DNA of 61,398 nucleotides, counting the filler, from Choristocarpus tenellus KU-1152 (taxonomy: Eukaryota > Protista > Phaeophyceae): NCBI GenBank assembly GCA_964200185.2. It is 9 parts of 9 records of this genome, joined end to end, with 100 filler letters (N's around TTAATTAATTAA, not from the genome) between each part and the next. Parts side by side here need not be neighbours in the genome. Positions count along the whole stretch, not along the records: positions 9,133 to 21,519 come from CAXNAD020001853.1; positions 21,620 to 25,391 come from CAXNAD020018012.1; 7 more parts are not named here. One strand, 5' to 3'. The position numbers were made by a program, and so were the translations under genes. This document shows, one piece after another, positions 12,701-24,121 of the stretch. Each line of letters opens with the position of its first letter. Within the stretch, counting starts at the first letter, position 1. The notes below the pieces were generated by a model, which saw nothing but the letters and a program-made list of their open reading frames with translations, was not told where the DNA came from and did not search any database.

Positions 12701-15700
12701 ATGGATTACAAATTAATGGGAGCTACTCAGTAGTAACATGAAACAATCACAAATCACCTCTCACCACTCCGTTGGTAATCATGGTGGTAAAGGTTGTTGA
12801 GGGCACTCTGCTGGTTTTTAATAAATGCGAGCAATCCCGCAGAAACATTAAACAACAAAAAATACCTCATCAAAAACACTCACCATTCAGCCGGTTGTTA
12901 GAAAGGTTCAGCTGCTGGAGGGCTCTCAGCCTGCTGATCTCCAATGGAATTGACCCTGGTAGGGAAATTGTTCCACTAGTCGGATTATACACAGCAGGAG
13001 ACAAAAAGAACCGCAAGCCAGCCTAGAATGGAATGGGAGCCATTCAGCTTAAAGACGATACAGCAAGAAATCACCCATCAGAAGCATTTTCCACTTAGCT
13101 TGTTGTCATGGAAGTAGAGCTACTGGAGGGCACTACTCTATTGGCTACAAATTAATAGGGGCAACTCCACAGAAGAGTGATATAACATCAATAGACTTCA
13201 TCTGAAGCACCCACCGCTTAGCTGGTTGCTGGATAGATCCAGCCATATGAGGGCTCTCAGCTGACTGAGATCTGGCGGAATCGACCCTGGCAGAAAGATT
13301 ATTTAGTTTGTCATTCACATGAACCACAGCAATCTGGCACAAAAACATAGCAATCTGAACTACAATCAAATGGAAGACGCTCAACAGATAGATGACATAG
13401 CAATAAAAAGCAGAGATACTCACCACTCAGCTGGTTGTTTCCCAGGTAGAGTTTCTCAAGGTCATTCAGCTGACTGAGCTCTGACGGAATTGATCCTGAC
13501 AGCGAGATTGTGTAGAGTAAAAGTATCTTAGAGGGTACGAAATTTGTCCTGTTTGTCCATTTGGGGCTTGGCTTCCCACTGTTTTTTTTAAATGATATTT
13601 TCCAACTCCAAAATGTTTCAAAGTAAGAAAAATGTGTGTGTTGTTAAATGGTGCGTTCGGAAAAAGGATATTCACACTTCCTAACAAACGTAACAGCCAA
13701 AATTACATCAAAATCGCAACATTGGATTTTGGCCCCCAAATGGACGCAACTCTACCCTCTAAGATACTTTAACTCTTCAGTTAGTTGTTACACATCAATA
13801 CCTGCAAAACAAAAGAACTCAGCACTCCGGGTCTATATGAATGGGAGCAACCCCAAAGAATCATGATACAGCAAGAAAACATCTCATTAATAACACCCAC
13901 CACATAGTTGGTTGTTGCTCAGGTTCAACCATATGAGGACACTCAGCTTACTGAGCTCTGGTGGAATCGACCCTGGCAGGGAGATTGCTCAGTTAGTCAC
14001 CGGTGTCATCAACAGTTAAACAAAGTACACAGCAATCAAGACCACAATTGAATGAGAGTAACTCGACAGAAAGGTGATACAAAAATAAATATTTCGCCAG
14101 AAAACACTCACCGCTTAGCTGGTTGCTAGACAGGCGGAGTCTGCAAAGAGAACTCAGATGGCTGAGCTCTGACGGAATCGACCCTGACAAGGAAATTTTT
14201 CATTAGTCATTCGCATCAACCACAGCAGCAAACATTAACAACACAACAGTCTGGGCTACAAATTAATGAGAAAAACTCCGCAGAAATACAATGCAGCAGC
14301 GGAACACCTAATCAGAAACACTCACCACTCAGTTGGTTGTCATTGAGGTAAAGCTGCTGGAGGGGACTCAGCTGACTGAGCTCTGGCGGAATCAACCCTG
14401 ATAGGGAAATTGTAGATTTGGTCATTAGCTTCTATTACAGCTGCTAACTCAATATCACAGAAACTAAACCACAAAGGAACAGAAGCAACTCCAAAAAAGA
14501 CATGATATGAAAAGCAACAAAATATCTCAGTAGAAACACTTGCCATGTAGCTTGTTCCAAGACAGGTTCAGCTGTTGGAGGGTGTTCAGCTGTCCAAGGT
14601 CCAATGGAATGGATCCTAAGGGGGAAATTGTTTGATTAGTTATCGACACGAATCATAGTTGCAAACACAAAAGCAGAATATTCCTGCCTAAGAGTGCACA
14701 GGAAAGCAACAACATAACAAAAAGCTATGTACAGCAATAACACGCCTATATAAGAAACACTCACCATCTTGCTAGTGTCGCAAACACAAAATGTTTTATA
14801 CATAGTACTGTACATGTTCTGGACTGTTGTACTACAAGATATAACCTATGTTTGAGACTTGAGTGGTGCAAAATGTATGATACGGTTTGCATATATTGGA
14901 CTGGAGTGCTGTAAAACATAGCATTTGTTATTTGAATCTTAGGCTCCACTGTAAGGGGCATAACGTGGTGCTGTCTTCATAGCACACCACATGTTCTGTT
15001 ATAACATAGGGGCATGATACAGTGTTCCTTCATAACATAACACATGTTTTGTCACACAATCAGAACATACTTAAGTAGTGTTGTAAATAGTAGAAATTCG
15101 AATTTGATCGAATCAGGGTCAGTTGAAACCAAAATCCGAGGGGCTGGTCGTTTTGTTATTTGTTGACCCTAAGCATTTAAGAGGGTGAGAGTTTTGCCCC
15201 ATTTGTCCATTCGGGGCTTGGCTTCTCACGGGGTTTTTTACACCCCTTTTCAGTTTTCTGTGTGGATACAGTTACCAAAAATGTATACAACTATGAAAGG
15301 TGTGTATGGACACTTGCTAACAAACACAGTAGCAAAAATTCATCAAGATCGCAACATTGGATTTTTGACCCCAAACGTCTACGGCCCTACTACCCTCATA
15401 AATGCTTTGACTCATTTCGTTCTATTTTGGAGTGTCTAGAATTCAAGAGAAAGCTCACTAACCACTCTAATGAGTCCGTAAGCCATGGTTGCGCCCAGGT
15501 GCTCTGTCGACAGTGGTAAGGGTGAACACCTAAATGAGGCCAACATCAACCCAAATATCAGATATAACCCCATTCCTGTGGAAGATGATGGTAAAGAAGA
15601 CAAAGGATTGAGAAAAGAACGACCAAGGGCCTGATGAAACCCCGGTTGAGCTGACAATTGAGCAGCAGAAACTGAAGTATGTGAAGGGATGGACAACATT

Positions 15701-18700
15701 GTATGTAGCTCATTGCATCAAGGGCTGGCACCTGGTACCTGGCGCATTTTAGAAGTGTGCACGAGGTGAGAATGCCCAATCTAGGTGTCTGCTCAATCCG
15801 TGTGAAGAATGGAGATACTTTTCTAAATCTCAAGATCGAACTAGGAGATTTTATAGTCCACAACCCATGCAAGAAATCAACTCCAGAGGTTCAAGTCTGG
15901 GCACAGCGAAGCTATTTTTGAGTTGGAGGGGGGCGGGAAGAAGATATCCAAATCGGACTTTCAGGAACAAGTGGACAAATGCTATAGTCTGCAGCATCTT
16001 TGAAGTCACCATCCCTAAACCTAAATATAGGTTGAATAAAAATTGAAGCATCTGAGTCGCTTAAGTGATATTGACTGGTTCTAAGAACTGCTTTGACATG
16101 GTGAGGAGTATTCATCAATACTCCAAGGGTGAGATCAGGCAGTCCAGTGGGCTCATATGTTGAAGCAAGTGACCCGAAGTATTTGAGGGGGGTGGGGGAT
16201 CTACACAAGGGTGTCCATTTGGGACAAAACCAGGAAAAGTGCACTTACAATATCCATCCGACGTATGCAACCAAATCCCCCAAAAATTGCGACATGGAAA
16301 AAAGGACCCCCAAATGGACACCCGCCACCCCCCCCAGATACTTTGAGTCAGTTGTGACTACATGTCTGGACCCTGGGACCAAAATCCTGTGCAGGATTTT
16401 GCAGGATGGGCATAGAGTCATTTGTAGGAAGATGGAGTCTGAAGTACTAGGCATCCTCGAGTAGGAGCATGAGGCAAGGGATGAGGGAGAGATCGATACT
16501 GTGGTAGAGTCTATTCTACGCTTATTCACTGTTCATGTTCAGAGGGGGAAGCCTTCCCAGAAGAAAAAGAAGGGGTCTATAAGAGCTTTCCTTACTATTT
16601 ATGGGGGGAGTTGAACTGGTGGTGGTGGGGTGGTGGAACTAACGGTCACAGATTACATGCAGGAGGTATTCATGAAGGTGGAAACCTTCAAATCTGTGGC
16701 AGGCCTCATAATAGTATATGATTGATATTCACTTACAATATACTCTGGATTATTATGTAATGTCATGCACATTACACTATTGCGGCGGTGCAATGATCCA
16801 AAGTATCTTAGAGGGTAGAGCCGCATCCACTTGGGGGACAAAATTCAATGTTGCGATTTTGGCGCAATTTTGGCTATTGTGTTTGTTAGGAAGTGTCAAC
16901 ATCCTTGTTCTGGACACAACGTTTCGTAAATCTCATCAACAAAAATATATGGGAAGCCAAGCACCAAATGGACAAACAGGGCAAAACTTGTACCCTCTAA
17001 GATACTTTCACTCAATATGTACTGCTTTTGTTGGATGGTTAGGATATACCAACATCAATCATGGAGCACATCACCAAATTTTACAACTATTAGAACGGAG
17101 CATCAAGAAATGAGACACTGTGTCACCGCCAACCCTGTACACCATTGGGAGGATTCATTCCCTATGGCTGATGATGGCACCACACGCAGCAGTCAGTGTT
17201 GCTATGTCTTAGGTGATGAGATTCTGGCTGCAACTTTCCCCGTGGGCACCATAATGACCTCTATTGAGCTTTTTGTCCTGACCAGCGGTTTAGAAAAAGT
17301 GGTGGCAGAAAGCCATCATTGGCGGTATCTGAGGGTGTTGGGAGGGTGATTGGGTCTTTCACACCTCCAGAGGGATGTGTGAAATCAAAAGATGCTAGCA
17401 ATGAACGCTGGCCATTCACCCAGGAAGTATGAGTGGAGGAAGAACCAGCGAATGGTGTCACCTTTGACTCACAATGGTGTACTGCTCGGCGAGCATGCAT
17501 GCAGCGCAGATGCTGCAGCAATATACGAATCATATAAGAGTAAAGCATAACATCAAAAGCCAAAAGTCTATAATCCAGAAGTAACCCTGAATCGATTTCG
17601 AAATAGAAGGAAACAGCTGCTTGGAAAGATAAAATTTTAGTTCATTGTGCCTTGCATCCAGTACTGGTTGTGGTAGAGTGAGATTTTTAATTAGCCAGAC
17701 AAATGCTCTCTTCCAAGTGGGTCTTGAACAGGTTCAGTGAACACAGAGACGGTACTCTTTTGCTGAGGGTAATGCATTGTCGTTCCAAAAGAATTGCCAG
17801 TGCTCCTAGGGGAGGAGACCAACCAGCTGGGACCTGGTTGCTTTCGAAGTTCCTGAGAAGCTCTGAACTATGTTGCGGACTGTACATCGACAACCCCTCT
17901 CAAACTCCTGTCCATATATGTATACTTTGGTGCACCTGAGACAGAGGGTGCAGGTGGGGCTGGACCTGCTTTTGCCAGTGGATCAGTGACTAAGATCATT
18001 GAAGGTGGGGGAGTAGTATCACTACTATTGTGCTGGTACAAAAACAAATGTTGTAATCTACTCAGCACCAGAATGCATGTGATATGTTCATCTGCGGCTT
18101 CCATGCTATCAGAGTGAAACTATCTTAGAGGGTATGAATTTTTCCCTGTTTGTCCATTTGTGGGGCTTGTGGCTTCCATGTTTTTTTTAATGACATTTTC
18201 CTACTCCAAAATGTTTCGGAGTAGATAAAATGTATACGTTATGAAAAAGTGTGTCCTAAACATAGATATTGACACTTCCTAACAAACACGACAGCCAAAA
18301 TTTATCAAAATCACAAGATTGTATTTTGACCCCCAAATGGACACGTCTCTACCCTCTAAGATACTTTGGCTCATGACATACTCCAGTATAATACAATACA
18401 CTTGGTGAGCCTTGCAGTTTGGTATTCAGTGGACCTTGGAAAAAATCGAACTGCTAAAGCTCCCATATTCTGTTTTTTGTAACTGACGCCAGAAAACACG
18501 AATCTCAAGTAGTGTGCCAATCTTGCAGGTAAGTGACCAGGCATCAGCAGTAGCCAGCGTCCCTTCTTCAAGGCAAGCACAATTGTTCTCAGCTTTGATA
18601 TCCCCACTAATTCCTGTTGTGTAACAGCAACCTCTGCTCACCTCCCCAAGCTTGTTGTGGTTTGTGCGTTGCCCTATAACTGCTCTCACTCTCTACTACT

Positions 18701-20790
18701 TATTTTTGTGTCAACAAGATTTCTGCTCTTCCATCAGCCTTTTTCAGGATGTAGTTAGTCATAGACAAAATATGCTTGTTCTTTTTAACGTATTAAATTG
18801 AATTTGAGCAGTAAAGTAGAGGGTAGAAATGTTCTGTCTCTGTTTGGGTCATTTTCTGACCCGAAAGACAGAGAATTTGCATCCTTGTCCTATTCGGTGT
18901 GTCCAATTACAATAATGTGGTGCATGCATAGATTGAAGCAGTTTAATTGCCTTGCCAGAAGAATCACATCACACATTCTTAGCATAGCTATTGGCGACCT
19001 ACAGTATCTTAGGGGATGGGGCTTTAGCCCAACCTGTCCATTCAGGGCTTGATGAGGTTTTGTAAAATACCCCAGTTTAATGCCTGTTTTGCAGGTGATT
19101 TTCCTTCAGATTCGGTTCAGGCAGGGGCGTGGAAAAGGAAGATGCATTCAGATGGCGGAAATTGCCCTTAAATCTGACACTTTCATTTACGTAACATGAT
19201 AACCACAACAGGTTCACACAGGCCTCAAATGGACGCCTGATCCCTACCCTCTAGGATGCTATGGATCAGCGTAGCCAAGGACTTTGAGATGCTTTAATCC
19301 ATTCCCTGACACTATCTGAGATGGTGTGAGGAATGAAACCATGAAACGTGCATTGCAGCCAAAACCATTTTGGATTACCATGTCCAAAACAGAATTGAAA
19401 TGCAACTCGAATGCCCCAAAATGAGATTTAGTCACCTCTATCAACTTGTAGAGCTAGCAATACAAGAAATTGCCAGCTATCCGCTGATGTTGTTCACAAA
19501 GTATCATACACTTTCAGACTCCAATTGTGCTAACACTCAAGAAGAAATGAGCAATCTATGATAGTTTGGCAAGATAAAGAGATCTCAGTGATATGGTATT
19601 GCTCCTATAGATGCATTGCTTATGCAACCTCTTATAGTTTGGTAAGAAAACGTTCTTAGTGATATTTCATTGTTAGACTAAAACTCATTGCTCAACCAAT
19701 GCATTTTAATATTTTGGACAGATCAGTGATGATTCATCTCCAAGGCTGTTATAAGAAATTAAACAGCAGTGCAAAGCACATACAAAATGTTCTACAATAT
19801 CAGATCTCAAACCCAAGATATCCACTAGGTATTATAATTTACTGTCAGAAACACTCATTGCTATGAGTACAAATTATTATGGGAATTTAGGTAAATTCTG
19901 GTATTCTTTCACATACACAGTAACCCACGTTAAGTGCGCTGGATGATTTTGTGCATACCTCTTCGTTGCATGACTTGTATTTTGTTCGAGTATATTTTAA
20001 TCTTAAGTATTTGGTTATGTCTGCTTGTCATGAATACGTTGGTTTATTGTGAATACTAAAACTGATGAACTGTTTAGAGCCCTCTTGGGACCTATGAGAG
20101 ATATAGAGCTACTAATTATGCCCACTCACATGCTAGTCTGGCCCCACCCTTCCTCATACTGCTATCCTTGAGGCTAACAGAGCTTGCTTGGTTCATAAAG
20201 ACACCTAATTGTCAAGTGCTGTCTGTACCCCATAATCAGCCTTCCTCAAGAGATTTGAATTATTGATACTTCCTTCGATTTTATCTACATAGACCGTCCT
20301 GTTGGGTGTGTGAAATATACAGGATCTGGTCGCACGTGAGCACTTTTTCACGGAATGCCGATCTTATCCAAAAAAAAAGAGGTAGTATAAGATGAAAATA
20401 TATATTAATCAAGAAGTGTCAAGGAGTTTCTGCGCTGAACTTAAGAGAGGCCTAGATCAACTGTACTTGATACAAATACCTTTTAAACTCAAGCGATGTT
20501 CAGGTCATCTTGAATTCTTAGCTTTCAGTCGAAGGTGTAGTAATGGAGGGAACAGGGCAGTTTCGTGATTTTGAAGGTCTTGTAGGTATATCTCTCGCCT
20601 TCAAGGTTGTTTCCTGCAAGATATACACTGATCACATGTGAGGCTTCATCCACAGTCACACCATGCCTCGAGTCAACTCTAGGGTAGTTTATCTCGCTCA
20701 TCCAACCCTCGCTCTTGATCCGTGTTTTTCCTTTTGTTGATTGAAAAAGATGAAGAAGAACCATTTCTTGTGTGTCCAGACATCCTACTC
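9520..20790 (-). CDS. ROCO-type LRR-GTPase gene (LRR N-cap + LRR exon array + Roc GTPase); 3' part (rest of Roc, COR) lost at the contig gap; possibly pseudogenising
   Basis: Manually spliced: exon 20790-20599 (LRR N-cap), 16 phase-1 LRR exons between 14615 and 10941, exon 10124-9896 (..PPEAVVSVGLDAVEAYL..KVVLVGVAGAGKT, P-loop) and exon 9748-9520 (STVGI switch I, YDVAGQ G3 motif, HQFFLTQWALYLLVWD typical of Roc). Exon phases are compatible throughout. Confidence 0.9.
9896..10124 (-). CDS. ROCO exon: LRR C-cap/linker and Roc P-loop
   Basis: GWGTVDEAVDLLKMFKRVAYCFLSDNAWVMPPEAVVSVGLDAVEAYLTDMRDTACDPVEHNLLKVVLVGVAGAGKT; cag acceptor, gtgcgt donor; phase 1 to 2. Confidence 0.9.
10512..10771. mobile_element. 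MITE family A in ROCO intron
   Basis: TIR GAGTCAAAGTATCTTAGAGGGTA / TACCCTCTAAGATACTTTCACTC; TSD CGTT. Confidence 0.92.
12765..12814 (-). pseudogene. 5'-truncated, decayed LRR pseudo-exon
   Basis: Reads QQSALNNLYHHDYQRS|gtgag. The donor is kept but the acceptor and GSIP part are deleted. Confidence 0.7.
13092..13134 (-). pseudogene. Decayed LRR pseudo-exon
   Basis: Reads SALQ*LYFHDNKLS with an in-frame TAG, donor mutated to GAAAAT and 5' part deleted. Confidence 0.75.
13515..13775. mobile_element. MITE family A inserted within the LRR cassette array
   Basis: Same TIRs; splits the conserved intron motif gagattgttcagttag (flanks tgta / ttca). Confidence 0.92.
15165..15413. mobile_element. 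MITE family A-related, diverged
   Basis: Degenerate TIRs GACCCTAAGCATTTAAGAGGGT / ACCCTCATAAATGCTTTGACTC; interior homologous to family A. Confidence 0.75.
16171..16349. mobile_element. MITE family B (about 180 bp, poly-G TIR)
   Basis: GACCCGAAGTATTTGAGGGGGG..CCCCCCCAGATACTTTGAGTC; flanks agt / agt. Confidence 0.88.
16795..17013. mobile_element. MITE family A with internal deletion
   Basis: Family A TIRs, 219 bp; flanks aat / aat. Confidence 0.85.
18112..18372. mobile_element. MITE family A
   Basis: Family A TIRs; flanks atca / atga. Confidence 0.88.
18996..19267. mobile_element. MITE family C (about 270 bp)
   Basis: Termini GACCTACAGTATCTTAGGGG / CCCTCTAGGATGCTATGGATC; interior homologous to 29745-30012. 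Confidence 0.75.
20599..20790 (-). CDS. ROCO N-terminal LRR-capping exon
   Basis: Translates GVGCLDTQEMVLLHLFQSTKGKTRIKSEGWMSEINYPRVDSRHGVTVDEASHVISVYLAGNNLE, resembling an LRR N-cap (LF.ST.G..W....W....W.GV.V....V..L.L..NNL.G). CAG acceptor; ends in phase 1 at a GC donor (GCGAG). Confidence 0.75.
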
Positions 20791-21456
20791 CTGGAGAAAT
20801 AAAAACATTTTGAAGACAAGGATAGCAAATATTGAAACAGGTTTAGAGTACTCTAGCAATAGCAATATCGTGCGTATATCACAGCTAACATGACAACGTT
20901 GAGCACTGAAGAATCCAACTGGATAAAACACTTCGATAGAGAGATGAGCGTTAAGCACTTTCTTTCTTTGCGTTCATATGCTCCATGACCCTGTGCAATC
21001 GTGTCTCGGAGATGGCGTGCCCATCTCTTCTCCTGTTGTGCCGAACTTGCAGAGGATAAGCACAAAAAAGACACAAGTCATGAGTAGCGCCGTAAGCGCC
21101 TATCTATCAACTCTCTCGAGATAGGAGGAGAGTTTGGTGGGACTAACGATCCTGCCTTTGTACGTGCCAACTTGTAACTCATGGTAAACTTACCTCCAAT
21201 CATACGAGTTTTGGAAAGTGTTTTAGTTCTTAGACCGGTTATTGTCCACGACAGAGCTTCAGTTAGCTTCTAGTTTCAAGCCTTTGTTTAGAGATCAACG
21301 CAGCCGTTTGCATATTCTCGGATCAACTTTAGTCTGAACATCTTTGCCATTTCTAAGTAATGGTGATAAAGATCAGGAGTTGTTCTTGATACATACATAA
21401 ATACAGTTACTTTTGAAAGGTGAAGTAGAACCACTAATAATACATATAAACATTAT

Positions 21457-21519
21457 TGTGAATCGTGTGATTCTGTGGCGGCGTGGTTCACTCAGGCAAG
21501 GGTGGCGAAAAGAATCACC
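21457..21519. repeat. Terminus of an unassembled repeat (inverted copy at 48821-48882)
   Basis: TGTGAATCGTGTGATTCTGTGGCGGCGTGGTTCACTCAGGCAAGGGTGGCGAA is the near-exact reverse complement of 48821-48882; both abut gaps. Confidence 0.85.
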
Positions 21520-23053
21520 NNNNNNNNNNNNNNNNNNNNNNNNNNNNNNNNNNNNNNNNNNNNTTAATTAATTAANNNNNNNNNNNNNNNNNNNNNNNNN
21601 NNNNNNNNNNNNNNNNNNNGTGAAAAACGGATGCCGACACTCCCCCCCCAGATACTTTGACCCCATAATGTACCTTCCCCAAACAGGACTTACTGTACCT
21701 ACACAGTTTCGTAGGGGCGGGTGTGTAACATATGGTAGTAGTTGATGTATATACGGTAATATCTTTACTACTTTGTTGGTTACACTCACGTACATGGTAT
21801 AGAGGTTGGCATGTGAGACAGAAGCAAACTTGAGGAGTAGAACATGATAGTAATGTGGTAGTAGCACGGTAGAGTGTGGAGATGAACAAACAGTTTGTAA
21901 AGAGTACAGCAACACAACAGCAGGTGTTGACATCATAAATGACAGGTGTTGACTTCATAAAAGACAGAAGTTGACATCATAAACAACACGAGTTGTAGTG
22001 CCTGTAGATCATGTAAAGCAAGAAAATAACCAGAAGCAACTCCTAGACACCGTCAAGGAGGGTGAGAAGGGGAGTAAGGGAAGGAATCCCACAAATCAGT
22101 CAAGCCTTTCCTAGCCCAACATCCTGAGGTCTCCGGTTTGAAAGGTGAAACTTGCCTGGAGATTTCTCGGCAGAACAGTAGGCGATACAATCTGTCACAG
22201 GGATGTGTTTACTTAGCGTTGGAGAGCTTTGAATGTCTTGGTATACAGGCAGAGCATGTTCTGGATGACCTAGGAAATCAGATTACGTGGGTGGGGTAGG
22301 TGAGCTTAGGAATCTGGTAGGAAAGGAGGTGAGGGGTTCCACGGGGGATGCCAAAGTTTTGATGATGGTGATGCTCAGGCTCAACCAAGTACATGTAAGA
22401 AAGTAGCAAAGGTCCCGAATAGTCTCGATCAGCAGGCGCAGGCAATCAAAACTGTGAATGAGGGTGCTGGATGAGCGTATCACCTCCCATACCACCATGT
22501 ACAAACACGTGCTTGCACTGGCAATGTTGCTAATTTTATATGTCTGGGACCATCCGCCAGCATGTCATGAGGAGGAGTTCCAGGGTGTTCAGGCGATTGA
22601 CTGTGGTGCAATCCTGAACTACCATGGGAACCGTGTTGCCTACCCCTTGATTATATCATTACCACACGATACTATTTTTTTTTTCTTAAATTACTGTAAT
22701 GAGGTTTGGAATTACTAATGTGATCAGCCTTGGGTTTTTTCCCTCACATGTTGGTGAAACTTGAAAAGAGTTGGTGATGACACAATATATCATCGCTTGT
22801 GATATTTTGAAAAATACCTTACCTCCTTCATTCTCTCCCCTTTACGAATCACATTCATTCTATGCATAGCATGTCACTGTCCTGCATTGTCCTTTCCCTC
22901 CCCCTCTCCCACTGCCTTTTGTGCCAAAACCCCTCACCTCCCCATCCCCTCCCCATCCCCCAAACTTCTAGCGCCACTGCCTGTTCTTCTTCCTCGTCTA
23001 GTTTCCTCTCTCTTAATTTCTTCTTTTGTTTGTTGATATGTTATGCTGTGCAG

Positions 23054-24121
23054 TATTGATGAGGCGATTGAGCACATACAGGTCTACGGCAGTTCACACA
23101 CTGACTCTATTGTGACTGAGAACGAGGAGGACGCACGTGTGTTTGTTGAGACTGTGGACAGTGCCTGTGTGTTTCACAACGCCAGCACCCGCTTCTCGGA
23201 TGGGTACCGATTTGGGCTTGGGGCTGAGGTGTGTGCAAGAGGGTTGGACAGTGCTGGTTGAAATGGATTGGTTCATTACGAACGGTGGACTGGGTGTTGG
23301 TATTCAACAATTATTGTAGTGTATCTGTCGACCTTGGCACTATCCCTACCGTGTTCTGTTCTTCCTGCTGATGAAGTGACTGTCTTCAGTCAGTGCCTTG
23401 AGATCTTACGAAGTGTGGGATTTGTGCTGTATTCTGGTGAGGGAGATGTTGTAGGAGAGAGTTACTGGTGGATAGATTCGTTGCAGTGTGATAATTGCCT
23501 ACGGGCAGAGTGTTACTCCTGGGTGGGAAGATTCTTGCGCCCCTTGATTCCATATGTCTGGAATGTGTACATTTTGGGGCGAGCTTGCGCTGTTATTACT
23601 TGTGTCACAGGTGCTGTGTTGCTGGGTCTACCTTGTAGTGGACTGGCATAGCAAATTAAACCCATGGTATGTTTTACCTTGACTCCCTTATCACCTGTTT
23701 ATCTTCTCTGCAGCCCTGTGTACAGTCAATACCCAGTCCTTGCTGTGCTCCATTGCCATCACCTCATTCTCTGTGGTTGCACTTATCACCTTTCCATGAA
23801 GACCAATACCCTCTCTCCACATCAGATTCTCCAGTTTGGTATGCATTCCTTAATGAGTTGCATCGTTTTTGAAACATGTACAATTGCAATGCGTTTGGGG
23901 TTGTTTTTGACTGTTACATCACAATTCATTCACTCGGTCTTTCTTGACTTCCTCAGGTGGGAGTTTCCACCGGCCGAATCCATGCCCGTGGGCCAGTTGG
24001 TGTGCAAGGTCTCCTCACTACTAAATGGGTACTTCGCTCCCATGGCAATGAGGGACACACCGTGGGTAAACAGAAGGGCTACACACACAAGTCCCTAGAG
24101 CTTGAGAATGGGGCTTGGTGA
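23054..24121 (+). CDS. Gamma-glutamyl phosphate reductase domain (ProA / P5CS C-terminus), last two exons
   Basis: Exon 23054-23228 [58 protein letters not shown] and exon 23957-24121 [34 protein letters not shown]; hallmark [25 protein letters not shown] motif. Confidence 0.93.

Larger units (their letters stand above)
10941..14615 (-). repeat. Tandem array of one-LRR-per-exon cassettes (exon + homologous intron unit of about 180-220 bp)
   Basis: Exons at 14544-14615, 14326-14397, 14112-14183, 13901-13972, 13424-13495, 13215-13286, 12884-12955, 12569-12637 (69 nt), 12356-12427, 12142-12213, 11929-12000, 11712-11783, 11504-11575, 11318-11389, 11139-11210 and 10941-11012. Consensus GSIPxELxxLxxLxxLxLSxNxLx. 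All are phase 1-1, typically flanked by cag|G and G|gtgagt. Confidence 0.95.
15430..17350. mobile_element. Degenerate non-LTR retrotransposon (LINE RT) fragments inside the large ROCO intron
   Basis: Plus strand 17017-17349 has ADD and WRYLRV (RT-like motifs); minus strand near 16020 has GLGM, typical downstream of LINE RT. Heavily interrupted, including by MITEs. Confidence 0.4.

Noticed and set aside
10941-14615. CRISPR-like array of repeats with variable spacers
   Set aside because: The units are spliceosomal exons encoding LRRs with AG/GT borders; eukaryotic context and no cas genes seen.
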